From contig CAURNF010000002.1 in the NCBI GenBank assembly GCA_963526625.1, forward strand, positions 35,493 through 99,492: a DNA stretch of 64,000 bases, in the 5' to 3' direction. The notes under the pieces are model-generated. The model was given only the letters and a program-made list of their open reading frames with translations. It was not told the DNA's origin and did no database searches. Made by a program: the position numbers and the translations under genes. The stretch is from an uncultured Candidatus Saccharimonas sp. (GTDB lineage Bacteria > Patescibacteriota > Saccharimonadia > Saccharimonadales > Saccharimonadaceae). Of this stretch, positions 10,058 through 18,825 are shown one piece after another; position 1 is the stretch's first letter, and each line of letters opens with the position of its first letter.

Positions 10058-11368
10058 CTATTTTTTGAAGATTTCTTTTGTGATTTTTTGCGCAATTTCT
10101 GTGTCGTTCCAAGGTGTTTTTTTGCCATCAATTACGCGGTAAACTTCGTGACCTAAACCCGTAATTAACACAATATCGCCCTTGCCTGCAATTTGTAAAG
10201 CTTTTCGAATTGCTTCTTCACGATCTGGAATTTCTTGAATATTCGCTGGCAATTTTTCACCTTTTTTCGAAATTCCCGCAATAATTTCTTCACGAATTTG
10301 CTTAGCATCTTCAGTGTAGTTTTCTTCATCGGTAATAATAATTCGGTTAGCTAAATCTTGAGCGATTTTTCCCATAATTGGGCGTTTTTCGCGATCACGG
10401 TCGCCACAAGCACCAAAAACCAGAATCGTGCGCTCTTTAGTGATTTTTCTTGAAGCTTTAAGGAGTTTTTCAAGCGCGTCTGGTGTGTGGGCGTAATCTA
10501 CGACCACGTCAAAAGGTAAATTCGAAACAGCATATTCAAACCTTCCTGAAACTCCTTCAAGATTAGCGATTCCCTCTTGAATATCTTCGAGCGAAATTCC
10601 TAAAAGATAAGCGCCAGCCGCCGCTGCAGTCATGTCGTAAACATTAAATTCGCCTGGTAGATTTGTGGCGATTTCAAGTGTAATATTATTATCGATTCGT
10701 AGATTAGCTTCGCTTCCCTTTTTGTAAAGTTTGAAATTTTCAATTTTAACTTCTGCAGGATCACTTTCGCCATAAGTTATTTTTTGCTCGCCAGCTTCAA
10801 ATTTATTGAAAAATTCGAAATAAGCATCATCAGTATTTAAAACAATAAATCTTGGCTGCATTTCGAAAAGTTTTGCTTTAGCGTTAGCATAGTTTTCCAT
10901 TGTTTTGTGGTAGTCAAGATGATCTTGTGTAAGATTGGTCATAATTGCCATTTCAATAGGAACTCCAGCAAATTTGTATTGATCAAGCGCATGCGAAGTT
11001 GCCTCAATTAACACAAATTCAACACCAGCTTTTTTTGCATCAGAGAAAAATTTTTGCAATTTCGAAACTGTTGCGGTTGTAGAATTGGTATCATTCACTG
11101 TTTGAACGCCCGCAATCTCAATATTTGCGGTTGAAAACATCGCAGTTTTATAGCCAGCTTCTTTTAAGATTTCATTAAGAAAATTAACAGTGGTAGTTTT
11201 ACCGTTCGTACCTGTTACAGCAATCACTCGTAAGTCGCGCGCTGGGTTGCCATAACGCGTGGCGATAACTTTTGCACGAGATTTTCGATAAGTTTTTTCA
11301 AGCCCAGAAATTGCCGTTTTTGGCAGAATTTTGCGAGCCGTTTTTGCTAAATTATTCTTAATGCTCAT
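10058..11368 (-). CDS. murE: UDP-MurNAc-tripeptide synthetase
   Basis: VTGTNGKTT, NLTQDHLDYH, VDYAHTPDAL, FGACGDRDREKRPIMG. Confidence 0.92.
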   Translation of the reverse strand: MSIKNNLAKTARKILPKTAISGLEKTYRKSRAKVIATRYGNPARDLRVIAVTGTNGKTTTVNFLNEILKEAGYKTAMFSTANIEIAGVQTVNDTNSTTATVSKLQKFFSDAKKAGVEFVLIEATSHALDQYKFAGVPIEMAIMTNLTQDHLDYHKTMENYANAKAKLFEMQPRFIVLNTDDAYFEFFNKFEAGEQKITYGESDPAEVKIENFKLYKKGSEANLRIDNNITLEIATNLPGEFNVYDMTAAAAGAYLLGISLEDIQEGIANLEGVSGRFEYAVSNLPFDVVVDYAHTPDALEKLLKASRKITKERTILVFGACGDRDREKRPIMGKIAQDLANRIIITDEENYTEDAKQIREEIIAGISKKGEKLPANIQEIPDREEAIRKALQIAGKGDIVLITGLGHEVYRVIDGKKTPWNDTEIAQKITKEIFKK

Positions 11369-11571
11369 TCTTAAATTATATCACTTTTTAGATTTTCAGG
11401 CAAATTTCTTAAAAGAAAAAACCACCCCTTTTTAGGCGTGGAAATATTTTGTAATTATTTTAATCTTTCGAAACAATACTTCGCTGAACATAAACTATTC
11501 GGTTATATTCTTTTGCGTATTCTTCTAATAATTTTTTAAATATTCATAGTTGATTTATGTTTAAATCAATT

Positions 11572-12000
11572 CTAAAATAATTTAATTCCATTCAACATTC
11601 CTCCGGCAGAAAATACGCCAGAAATTAAATACATTATAAAAATACATATTTGAAGTGTTAATAGGATTTCCGCCCAGATTTTTGCCTTTGATTTTCGCCC
11701 AGTTTCGATTTCGAATTTATTCGCAGCTTTAAGCGAATAGCTAACAGCTATAACTGAAAGCAAGCTAAAACCATAGTTAATAATTGAAGCTGGCGAAGGA
11801 GCTGGAAATAAGCTTAAAAATCCCAATATTGCAGCAATTTTAATTGGTATAAAATCTTCGCTTTTACCTTTTCGAATAACTTTATATTCCTCAAGAATGA
11901 ATTCATTGTTTTGGGCTTCTTGCGATTTTTCTTGGTTTTCTTTTGGTTTTTCTTGCGGTATTGGGTAAATATCTTCTGGCTTATATTTTTTAACTTCCAT
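11572..12000 (-). CDS. Hypothetical membrane protein (about 3 TM)
   Basis: 142-aa ORF with hydrophobic segments. TGnTATAAT lies 7 nt before the ATG. Confidence 0.65.
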   Translation of the reverse strand: MEVKKYKPEDIYPIPQEKPKENQEKSQEAQNNEFILEEYKVIRKGKSEDFIPIKIAAILGFLSLFPAPSPASIINYGFSLLSVIAVSYSLKAANKFEIETGRKSKAKIWAEILLTLQICIFIMYLISGVFSAGGMLNGIKLF

Positions 12001-12061
12001 ATTTCAAATTATATCATGGTTTAATTGAAAATTTCGAAAAAATAAAGTAAAATATTTTTAT

Positions 12062-12149
12062 GGAGAGATGGCCGAGTGGTTTAAGGCGCACGCCTGGAAC
12101 GCGTGTTGGGCGCAAGCTCTCGCAGGTTCGAATCCTGTTCTCTCCGCCA
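12062..12149 (+). tRNA. tRNA-Ser(GGA)
   Basis: Anticodon arm CACGC-CT-GGA-AC-GCGTG, variable arm, CCA. Confidence 0.96.
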
Positions 12150-12216
12150 AAACCAATATTTTTTTGAAAAATCCTTGACTTTTCGAAAAATATCAGTTAA
12201 AATAATAAAGTAATTT

Positions 12217-12301
12217 GCACGAGTGGTGGAATTGGTAGACACGCTAGTCTTAGGAACTAGTGCCAATTGGCGTGAAGGTTCAAGTCCTTTCTCGTGTACC
12301 A
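12217..12301 (+). tRNA. tRNA-Leu(TAG)
   Basis: Anticodon arm CTAGT-CT-TAG-GA-ACTAG, variable arm, CCA. Own promoter TTGACT-17 nt-TAAAAT. Confidence 0.96.
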
Positions 12302-12414
12302 GAAATTATTTAGAAAATCTCCCAAGAATCTGGGAGTTTTTCTTTTATTTTTTCAAAATTTTAAGATTTTTCTAAGCTGAATGTGTTAAAATATAAAATA
12401 GAAAAGAGGTAAAT

Positions 12415-13719
12415 ATGAAAACTAAACTTGTAATCTTTGGCTTAACTGGCGATTTAGGGCGCCGCAAGCTTTTACCTGCGCTCGATTCTCTGCTTGAAAA
12501 AAATGAGATTTCTCCAGATGAACTTGAAGTTGTTGGCGTTTCTCGGCGGCAAATTCAGCCTTTCGAAATTCTTGAAAGTTCGCTCGGGTTTTCTCGCGCT
12601 GAAAATTCTAAACTTTCGCAAATTTTAAGTTTTTTCGAAATGAATTTAGCAGAGGAAACAGAATACAAAAAGCTTAAAAAATACCTTCAAGACGAAAATG
12701 AAGAATCGCAAATTTTGCTGTATCTTTCAGTTCCACCAGCAAGTGCTGCACAGATTTCAACATTAGCTGGAAAAGCTGGTTTGAATGGTAAAAATGTTAA
12801 AATTCTTTTCGAAAAACCTTTCGGAATTGATCTAAAATCGGCGCAAGAATTTATTTCTCGAACGGCGGAATTTTTTAGTGAAAAGCAGATTTTTCGAATT
12901 GACCATTATTTAGCAAAAGAAATGGCACAAAATTTACTAATTTTACGGCACAAAAACGCATTATTTTCGCAAATTTGGAGCGGAAAATTGATTTCGAAAG
13001 TGCAAATTATCGCCAGCGAACAGATCGGGATTGAAGGTCGCGGTACTTTTTATGAGCAAAGTGGCGCTTTGCGTGATTTTATTCAAAGTCATTTAATTCA
13101 GATTTTGGCATTATTTTTAGCGGATTTTCCAAAGAGCTGGAACGATTTACCTGAAGCTCGCTTTAAAGCATTAGAACAGATTGAAAAATTACAAAATCCT
13201 GAAGAAAATGCAATTCGTGGGCAATATCAAACTTATCGTGAAGAAGTTGAAAATCCAAAATCTTGCGTTGAAACTTTTGCTAAAATTCGATTATTTTCAA
13301 AAGATGAAAATTGGAAAAATGTGCCTTTCGAACTAATTTCTGGCAAAAACTTGAGCGAAAAACGCAGCGAAATTCGCATTCATTTGCGCAAAACTGAAGA
13401 AAATCAAGCCAATTTAATTCAAATTTCGCTTGATGATTCAGCAAGTGTGAAAATTGAGCTTGCAACGAAAATTCCAGGCTTGAATCGTCGCACAGAAATT
13501 CGAAATTTGAGTTTTTCTTATGATGAAAATGCTCAGCCTGCCGAAGCTTATGAAAAAGTTTTGGCTGAAGCGATTCGGAATGAAAAAGCGTTTTTTGCTG
13601 AGAGCGATGAAATTTTGCGCGCGTGGGAAATTCTTCAACCAGCTTTGGATTTTTGGCAAAATTCGAACGAAGAAACTTTGCGATTTTATAAAAAAGTAAC
13701 AGATTGGAGCGAAATTTAA
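12415..13719 (+). CDS. zwf: Glucose-6-phosphate 1-dehydrogenase
   Basis: FGLTGDLGRRKLLPAL, EKPFG, RIDHYLAKE, GALRD..QSHL, ETFA. Confidence 0.93.
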   Translation: MKTKLVIFGLTGDLGRRKLLPALDSLLEKNEISPDELEVVGVSRRQIQPFEILESSLGFSRAENSKLSQILSFFEMNLAEETEYKKLKKYLQDENEESQILLYLSVPPASAAQISTLAGKAGLNGKNVKILFEKPFGIDLKSAQEFISRTAEFFSEKQIFRIDHYLAKEMAQNLLILRHKNALFSQIWSGKLISKVQIIASEQIGIEGRGTFYEQSGALRDFIQSHLIQILALFLADFPKSWNDLPEARFKALEQIEKLQNPEENAIRGQYQTYREEVENPKSCVETFAKIRLFSKDENWKNVPFELISGKNLSEKRSEIRIHLRKTEENQANLIQISLDDSASVKIELATKIPGLNRRTEIRNLSFSYDENAQPAEAYEKVLAEAIRNEKAFFAESDEILRAWEILQPALDFWQNSNEETLRFYKKVTDWSEI

Positions 13720-14120
13720 TGCAAGAAAAATCAATTTTTACACGAATTATTGAGGGCGAAATCCCCTGCCACAAGGTTTATGAAGATGAAAAAGTTTTTG
13801 CAATGCTTGATATCGAGCCGCTTTCGAACGGTCATGTTCTAGTTATCCCAAAAAAACAAGTTGATTTGCTTTGGGATTTAGAACAAAGTGATTATGATTA
13901 TCTGTGGCGAATTGCTAAAAAGATTGCCAAGAAAATTCAAGCTGAAATGAAACCGCTTCGCGTGGGTGTTGTGGTTGAAGGTTTTGGTGTGCCACACGCA
14001 CATATTCACCTTGTACCACTTTATGATAAAAATGTTTTGCAGCTCCACCACGGCTACCCTGCTGAAACATCACCCGAAGAACTTGCAAAAATTGCTGAAA
14101 AAATTGCTTTCGAAAAATGA
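13719..14120 (+). CDS. HIT-family nucleotide hydrolase
   Basis: SIFTRIIEGEIP, GHVLVIPK, HAHIH triad. ATG overlaps the zwf stop (TAATG). Confidence 0.92.
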   Translation: MQEKSIFTRIIEGEIPCHKVYEDEKVFAMLDIEPLSNGHVLVIPKKQVDLLWDLEQSDYDYLWRIAKKIAKKIQAEMKPLRVGVVVEGFGVPHAHIHLVPLYDKNVLQLHHGYPAETSPEELAKIAEKIAFEK

Positions 14121-14151
14121 AAAAACCCCACAATTTCGTGGGAACTAATGT

Positions 14152-14553
14152 TTATTTGAAATCGTTGGATATAATGCTAATATTATACCCTTCACTTGCC
14201 GTGCGTTCTTCGACATTAAAGTGTATTTTCGAATTCAGTTTGTAATAATCGATGTATACACCTCTTTTTAGCCACCAATTTTTTAGAGTGTGCCGATCTG
14301 AGTAATTACCAGACATTCTTTCTAGAATAGGAATAGAATTTACCTTACCTTTTGAGTGTTTTATATATTCTTTGGCAAAGTTTTCTATTTCTTTGCGACT
14401 ATCCGCAAGGACATTTTCAAGTTTTCCATTTATAGAAAGCAAGAAAACTTTATCTGTCTTCTTTACTAAGTCGCCATTTCCATCGAAGATTTCTATGGTT
14501 TCTCCTTTTAGACTTTTTAGGATGTACACCACTACGTATGTAGATTTTTCCAT
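14152..14553 (-). CDS. Hypothetical (orphan) protein
   Basis: 133-aa ORF, SD GGAG, own promoter and a leader of about 160 nt. Confidence 0.7.
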   Translation of the reverse strand: MEKSTYVVVYILKSLKGETIEIFDGNGDLVKKTDKVFLLSINGKLENVLADSRKEIENFAKEYIKHSKGKVNSIPILERMSGNYSDRHTLKNWWLKRGVYIDYYKLNSKIHFNVEERTASEGYNISIISNDFK

Positions 14554-14747
14554 TTATTTTCTCCGCGTTTAAAGTCCGCCCGACTATAGATTTCTTCGAA
14601 ACTTTCAGCTTCGAAAGCTAAGTTTAATTTTTAAACTCAATTTTCGAAACTGAAAATTCGGCAAAACTAGCCAGATTCCTACTTTTGAAATGTCCTCTCG
14701 CACCATGCAAGTAGCTTAATTATATCACTAAAATTGAAAAAAGTAAA
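14554..14747 (-). promoter_or_regulatory. Promoter plus structured 5' leader (hairpin, boxA-like GGACATTTCAAAAGT, several further hairpins)
   Basis: TTTACT(14747-14742)-17 nt-TATAAT(14724-14719); hairpin 14711-14697; motif 14695-14681. Confidence 0.55.
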
Positions 14748-14809
14748 TAGTTGTAACATAAAAAAGAAAAAGCCTCGCAAAAAGCAAGGCTTTGTGTTTT
14801 GAAATTGAG

Positions 14810-15145
14810 CTATTTATATCTGCACAATGCTTGGCAACCGATGATTTGGCCGTCATCATTTCTAACTGTTCTGCCAGTTAGAAGCAGATCTTCAGTACTC
14901 CGACCGCTTAAGCTTGCAGCTTTGGCAGTCAATGCACTAACTATATAATATACACCCCAACTGGGCTCTGGCAAGCCAAATGGTTTGCCAAAAGTTGACT
15001 CGATGATTGGAATACCTTCAAGCATTCCAATCTCAATATCTTCTTGCGCAGCTCTTACCACACCTTCTGATTCGAAGGTTTTGATTACATTACCTTCTTC
15101 GTCGACGATGTTTACTTTGTGTGGAGTTAAATTAAAAATTGCCAT
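14810..15145 (-). CDS. Small uncharacterised protein with N-terminal NLTPH motif
   Basis: MAIFNLTPHKVNI...GLPEP..GVYYIVS...R..DLL....VRNDDGQIIGC, a pattern I associate with phage/virus-encoded small proteins. True start is probably ATG 15145. Confidence 0.75.
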   Translation of the reverse strand: MAIFNLTPHKVNIVDEEGNVIKTFESEGVVRAAQEDIEIGMLEGIPIIESTFGKPFGLPEPSWGVYYIVSALTAKAASLSGRSTEDLLLTGRTVRNDDGQIIGCQALCRYK

Positions 15146-15359
15146 TGTTCTTTTTCCGTTCTCTTTTCGAGACCTTTCTTTATTTTTACCAAGTTTACCA
15201 CTTAGCAAAAAATCTTTAAATAATCTTTAAAAACTTATTGCTAAGCGGTAAAAAGATAATAAAATGAATAATATTTTTTAGCTCAATTCTGGTAATGTTC
15301 AGTTGTGATTTTAGTATTCACAACTTCTTAATTATAGCATAATTAATATAAAAAGTCAA
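15146..15359 (-). promoter_or_regulatory. Promoter plus structured 5' leader (hairpin, boxA-like GAACATT, long stem-loop)
   Basis: TTGACT(15359-15354)-17 nt-TATAAT(15336-15331); AGTTGTGA/TCACAACT hairpin 15301-15325; long stem 15194-15252. Confidence 0.6.
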
Positions 15360-15396
15360 ATTCGGAAAAAACTCAAAAAAATGTTAAAATAAGAAT

Positions 15397-15849
15397 ATGA
15401 AAATTATCGCGATTGGTAAAAAACATGAAAAATGGGTTGCAAGCGGAATTGAAATGTTCGAAAAACGATTAAAAAAACCGTTTGAAGTGGAGTGGCAAAT
15501 TTTAGCGCATTCGAATTTTGCCGAAGAAAAAGCTCGCGAAGAAGAAACTTTGCGAATTTTAGAGAAAATTAAGCTGAATGATTTTGTGATTTTGCTCGAT
15601 GAGCGCGGTAAAAATATTTCTAGCCCAGAGCTCGCCAAAATGCTTTCGAATGGATTTGTGAATTCGCAGAATTTTGTGATTATTATCGGTGGAGCTTTTG
15701 GTGTGTCTGAAGAACTTCGCCAGCGAGCAAATTTTGTTTGGAGCCTTTCGAAATTAGTTTTTCCGCATCAAATTGTGCGATTAATTTTGGTTGAACAAAT
15801 TTATCGTGCGCAAGAAATTTCTTCTGGCGGAAAATATCACCACGAATAA
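15397..15849 (+). CDS. rlmH: 23S rRNA pseudouridine-1915 N3-methyltransferase
   Basis: LLDERGK..SSPELA, IIGGAFG, SLSKLVFPHQIVRLILVEQIYRA, YHHE. Confidence 0.95.
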   Translation: MKIIAIGKKHEKWVASGIEMFEKRLKKPFEVEWQILAHSNFAEEKAREEETLRILEKIKLNDFVILLDERGKNISSPELAKMLSNGFVNSQNFVIIIGGAFGVSEELRQRANFVWSLSKLVFPHQIVRLILVEQIYRAQEISSGGKYHHE

Positions 15850-15952
15850 ATTATTTTTTGTGGAAAAAGCTGTGGAAACTCCTTGAAAATTCGAAAAAAC
15901 TCGCCTGAAAGCATTTGCGAAAAATGGTGAAAAAATATATAATAGAATTACT

Positions 15953-16753
15953 ATGGCGAAAAATGAAAAAGAGATTGTTAGACTTCGAAATTTAAAAAAG
16001 CGTTTTGGTGTTGGTGATGCTGAAAATTATGCTTTGAACGGTGTAAATTTAAGCATTAAGCGGGGGGAATTTATTATAATTATGGGGCCTTCTGGCTGTG
16101 GAAAAACCACACTTTTAAACACAATTGGTCTTCTTGATCGTGCGACTGAGGGAGATTATGTTCTTGACGGGCAGAATGTTGCGCGAATGTCGCGCCGCAA
16201 CCAAGCGAAAATTCGAAGTGAAAAAATCGGTTTTATTTTTCAAAATTTTAATTTAATTCCCCGCCTAACCGTAATTGAAAATGTGGCTTTACCACTGGTT
16301 TATAAAGGAATTGGAAAAGTTAAACGGCTCGAAAAAGCTTCAGAAGTCTTAAAACAATTTCATCTTGGTGAGCGCGAATTTTATATGCCGTGGCAACTTT
16401 CTGGTGGGCAAACTCAGCGCGTAGCAATTGCGCGGGCGCTCGTGAATAAGCCTTCAATTATTCTTGCTGATGAGCCAACAGGAAATCTTGATTCGAAAAG
16501 TTCGCATATTATTATGGAGGAGTTGGCTGAAGTTCATAAAAAAGGCAACACAATTATTATGGTGACGCATAATCCAGATTTAATGGCTTACGCAACACGA
16601 ATTATTACAATGTTCGATGGCAAAATTGATACCGATATTAAGAAAAAACCTGCAAAAAAATCTTCGAAAAAAGATGGAAAGCTAAATACGCTCGATAAAA
16701 TTGAAAAAGTTGAAGAAAAAATCGATGAAATTAAAGAAGAATTGGGAGTTTAA
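15953..16753 (+). CDS. ABC transporter ATP-binding protein (MacB/LolD family)
   Basis: Walker A GPSGCGKT, LSGGQTQRVAIARAL, ILADEPTGNLD, VTH. Confidence 0.93.
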   Translation: MAKNEKEIVRLRNLKKRFGVGDAENYALNGVNLSIKRGEFIIIMGPSGCGKTTLLNTIGLLDRATEGDYVLDGQNVARMSRRNQAKIRSEKIGFIFQNFNLIPRLTVIENVALPLVYKGIGKVKRLEKASEVLKQFHLGEREFYMPWQLSGGQTQRVAIARALVNKPSIILADEPTGNLDSKSSHIIMEELAEVHKKGNTIIMVTHNPDLMAYATRIITMFDGKIDTDIKKKPAKKSSKKDGKLNTLDKIEKVEEKIDEIKEELGV

Positions 16754-17986
16754 ATGAGTTTGCGAGTTTTAAAAACTAATATTGAAAATGCATTTGAATC
16801 GTTGCACGCCAACCGTTTGCGAACTTTCCTTACAATGCTAGGTGTAATGATTGGGATTTCTAGCGTTGTAATAATTTTTTCACTTTCGGGCGGGGTTAGC
16901 TCGATGATTTCGAATCAAATTATAGCTGAGGGCGAATCTTTGGCGGTGGTTCGGCCAAAAGAATTAACTGCAAATAATAAAAATGTTATTACAAATTTGG
17001 CAACTTCTCGAAATTTTACACAGAGTTCAATCAAGAATGAAGATTTAGGCTTAATTTCGAAAGTAAAAGATGTTTTAGCTGTGGCACCGCTTGCGAATTT
17101 TTCAGCAAAAGTTAAGGGTGACGGAGATGAAAAATATGCAAATTTGCTGGCAACCAGTCCAAACCTTGATCAAACTGTAGGTTTGAAAGTTCGTGAAGGT
17201 CAATTTATTGCAGAAAGTGCTAATGCAAACACTGTTGTGATTGGCAATCAAATGGCGATTGATTTGTTTGGTACAACTCAGGCTTTAGGAAAAGAAATTA
17301 CAATGAAAGGCGAAAAATTCATTGTAATTGGCGTTTTAGCTCATCAAAGTTCATCAATTAACTTTAGTAATGTTGATTTTAACAATACGGCAATTATTCC
17401 GTATGTGACTGCAAAACGAATTATTGGTGAAAATCTCCAGATTCAGCAAGTGAATATTCGTGTGAAAAGTGTTAATAATTTGAATCAAGTTCAGCAAGAA
17501 ATTGAAAAAGGAATGTTAAAGAACCACAATGGCGAAAAAGATTTCGAAGTTTTGACTGGTAAGAACATTTCGCATCCATCAGATAAATTTATTGAGCTTT
17601 CAACATTTATTTTGGCGATTGTGGCGAGTATTTCGCTAGTTGTTGGTGGAATTGGTATTATGAATATTATGCTCGTGAATGTGAGTGAGCGAACGAGAGA
17701 AATTGGTATTCGAAAAGCGCTTGGTGCAAATAATCGGCATATTTTGTTTCAGTTTTTAACAGAATCAATGATAATTTCATTAAGTGGCGGTTTTTTTGGT
17801 TATCTCATTGGCTATGCATTTTCTTTTGGAGTGAGCGTATTTTTACCATTTAGTCCAGTTATTTCTTGGCAAATTGCCGTTTTAGTTTGCGGGATTTCGA
17901 TATTAGTTGGTGTAATTTTTGGCCTTTACCCTGCCTTCCGTGCAGCTCGAAAAGACCCAATTGTTAGTTTACGCCAATATTTATAA
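16754..17986 (+). CDS. ABC transporter permease (MacB/FtsX family)
   Basis: RTFLTMLGVMIG, large extracytoplasmic domain, GGIGIMNIMLVNVSERTREIGIRKALGA. Confidence 0.93.
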   Translation: MSLRVLKTNIENAFESLHANRLRTFLTMLGVMIGISSVVIIFSLSGGVSSMISNQIIAEGESLAVVRPKELTANNKNVITNLATSRNFTQSSIKNEDLGLISKVKDVLAVAPLANFSAKVKGDGDEKYANLLATSPNLDQTVGLKVREGQFIAESANANTVVIGNQMAIDLFGTTQALGKEITMKGEKFIVIGVLAHQSSSINFSNVDFNNTAIIPYVTAKRIIGENLQIQQVNIRVKSVNNLNQVQQEIEKGMLKNHNGEKDFEVLTGKNISHPSDKFIELSTFILAIVASISLVVGGIGIMNIMLVNVSERTREIGIRKALGANNRHILFQFLTESMIISLSGGFFGYLIGYAFSFGVSVFLPFSPVISWQIAVLVCGISILVGVIFGLYPAFRAARKDPIVSLRQYL

Positions 17987-18063
17987 GAATAGATAAAATA
18001 AAAAAGTCGCTTAAGGCAATCTGGCGCCCAGCAGTCTAAATAATCTGAGTTCATGCGCCTTAT

Positions 18064-18113
18064 AAATCAAACTAAAAGACAGTCATACTTTGGACTGTCT
18101 TTTAGTTTGATTT
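18064..18113. repeat. Perfect 21-bp inverted repeat (terminator or island boundary)
   Basis: AAATCAAACTAAAAGACAGTC-ATACTTTG-GACTGTCTTTTAGTTTGATTT. Confidence 0.9.
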
Positions 18114-18134
18114 GGTAGAACTTGTAGCTGAAAG

Positions 18135-18825
18135 CTAATACAAGAATTTAATTTTCAAAAAACGCAACCTATAAAATAAACTAATGAATATTTTACGGAG
18201 TCTCCCTCCTTTTTCTTCAGGGACGATACAAGTCCTGTTGCCACCAGCAATGATATAGATAGGAACATCTCTATGCTTAGAATACATTTTATTATAATTT
18301 ATAGATTGATGATATAATCTTAAAATTCTGTGTCCATAGTTACCGCCTATAGAATTTTCGTTATTAAATTCAATATATCTTCTAACAGGCTCTAACACTG
18401 AGACTAGTCTTATTATCACTGTATGATACGTAGAGAGCACGTCTTCGTAATCAATAATCCCATTGTCAATCAAAACTCCGACATCGTTGAGTAGTGATAT
18501 GCATTTCTTGGCGCTATCATACTCCTCGCTAGATAGATAGTTATTATATTGTTTCTCTCTAATTCTCCTCAAATTTTCTTGTGAGGATTTTGAGTCTCTG
18601 TTTTTTAGGAGGGTTCTTCGGGAAATCATCATGAGTATAGACTATGAGGTTCTTATTTTTATATATTACCCTAGATACAGAACTAACTTCCTTCATTATC
18701 TCCATAGCATGAACTATGGCTTGAAACTTCAAACTTTTAGAGGAATATTATAACTGTCTAATTGAGATTATGACTACTATATTGGCTATAATAGCGATGA
18801 TATTTGAATATTTCTCTAACTGCAA
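18135..18825 (-). pseudogene. Disrupted membrane-anchored protein (DUF4760-like), in-frame TAA plus a frameshift
   Basis: TTG 18825 after SD GAGGTG gives MQLEKYSNIIAIIANIVVIISIRQL*YSSKSLKFQAIV... (stop at 18748-18750). The sequence continues in another frame as the 18135-18632 ORF (LLNDVGVLIDNGIIDYEDVLSTYHTVIIRLVSVLEP). Confidence 0.6.

Noticed and set aside
11455..11545. Short open stretch on the minus strand (IFKKLLEEYAKEYNRIVYVQRSIVSKD*)
   Set aside because: No start codon or RBS. Could be a gene remnant but is too short to support.
11538..11570. Possible dif site (CATA...TTATGTTTAAAT)
   Set aside because: The right arm resembles a XerD site, but arm spacing is off by one. The sequence is also explained by a TTGATTTA/TAAATCAA hairpin downstream of a gene.
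12081..12266. Short ORFs overlapping tRNAs (also 2430-2669, 21043-21228, 62124-62315)
   Set aside because: They are antisense translations of tRNA genes.
18021..18030. TGGCGCCC as a tRNA-derived att site at the island edge
   Set aside because: Only about 8 nt, with no matching tRNA 3' end in this window, so it is not distinguishable from chance.
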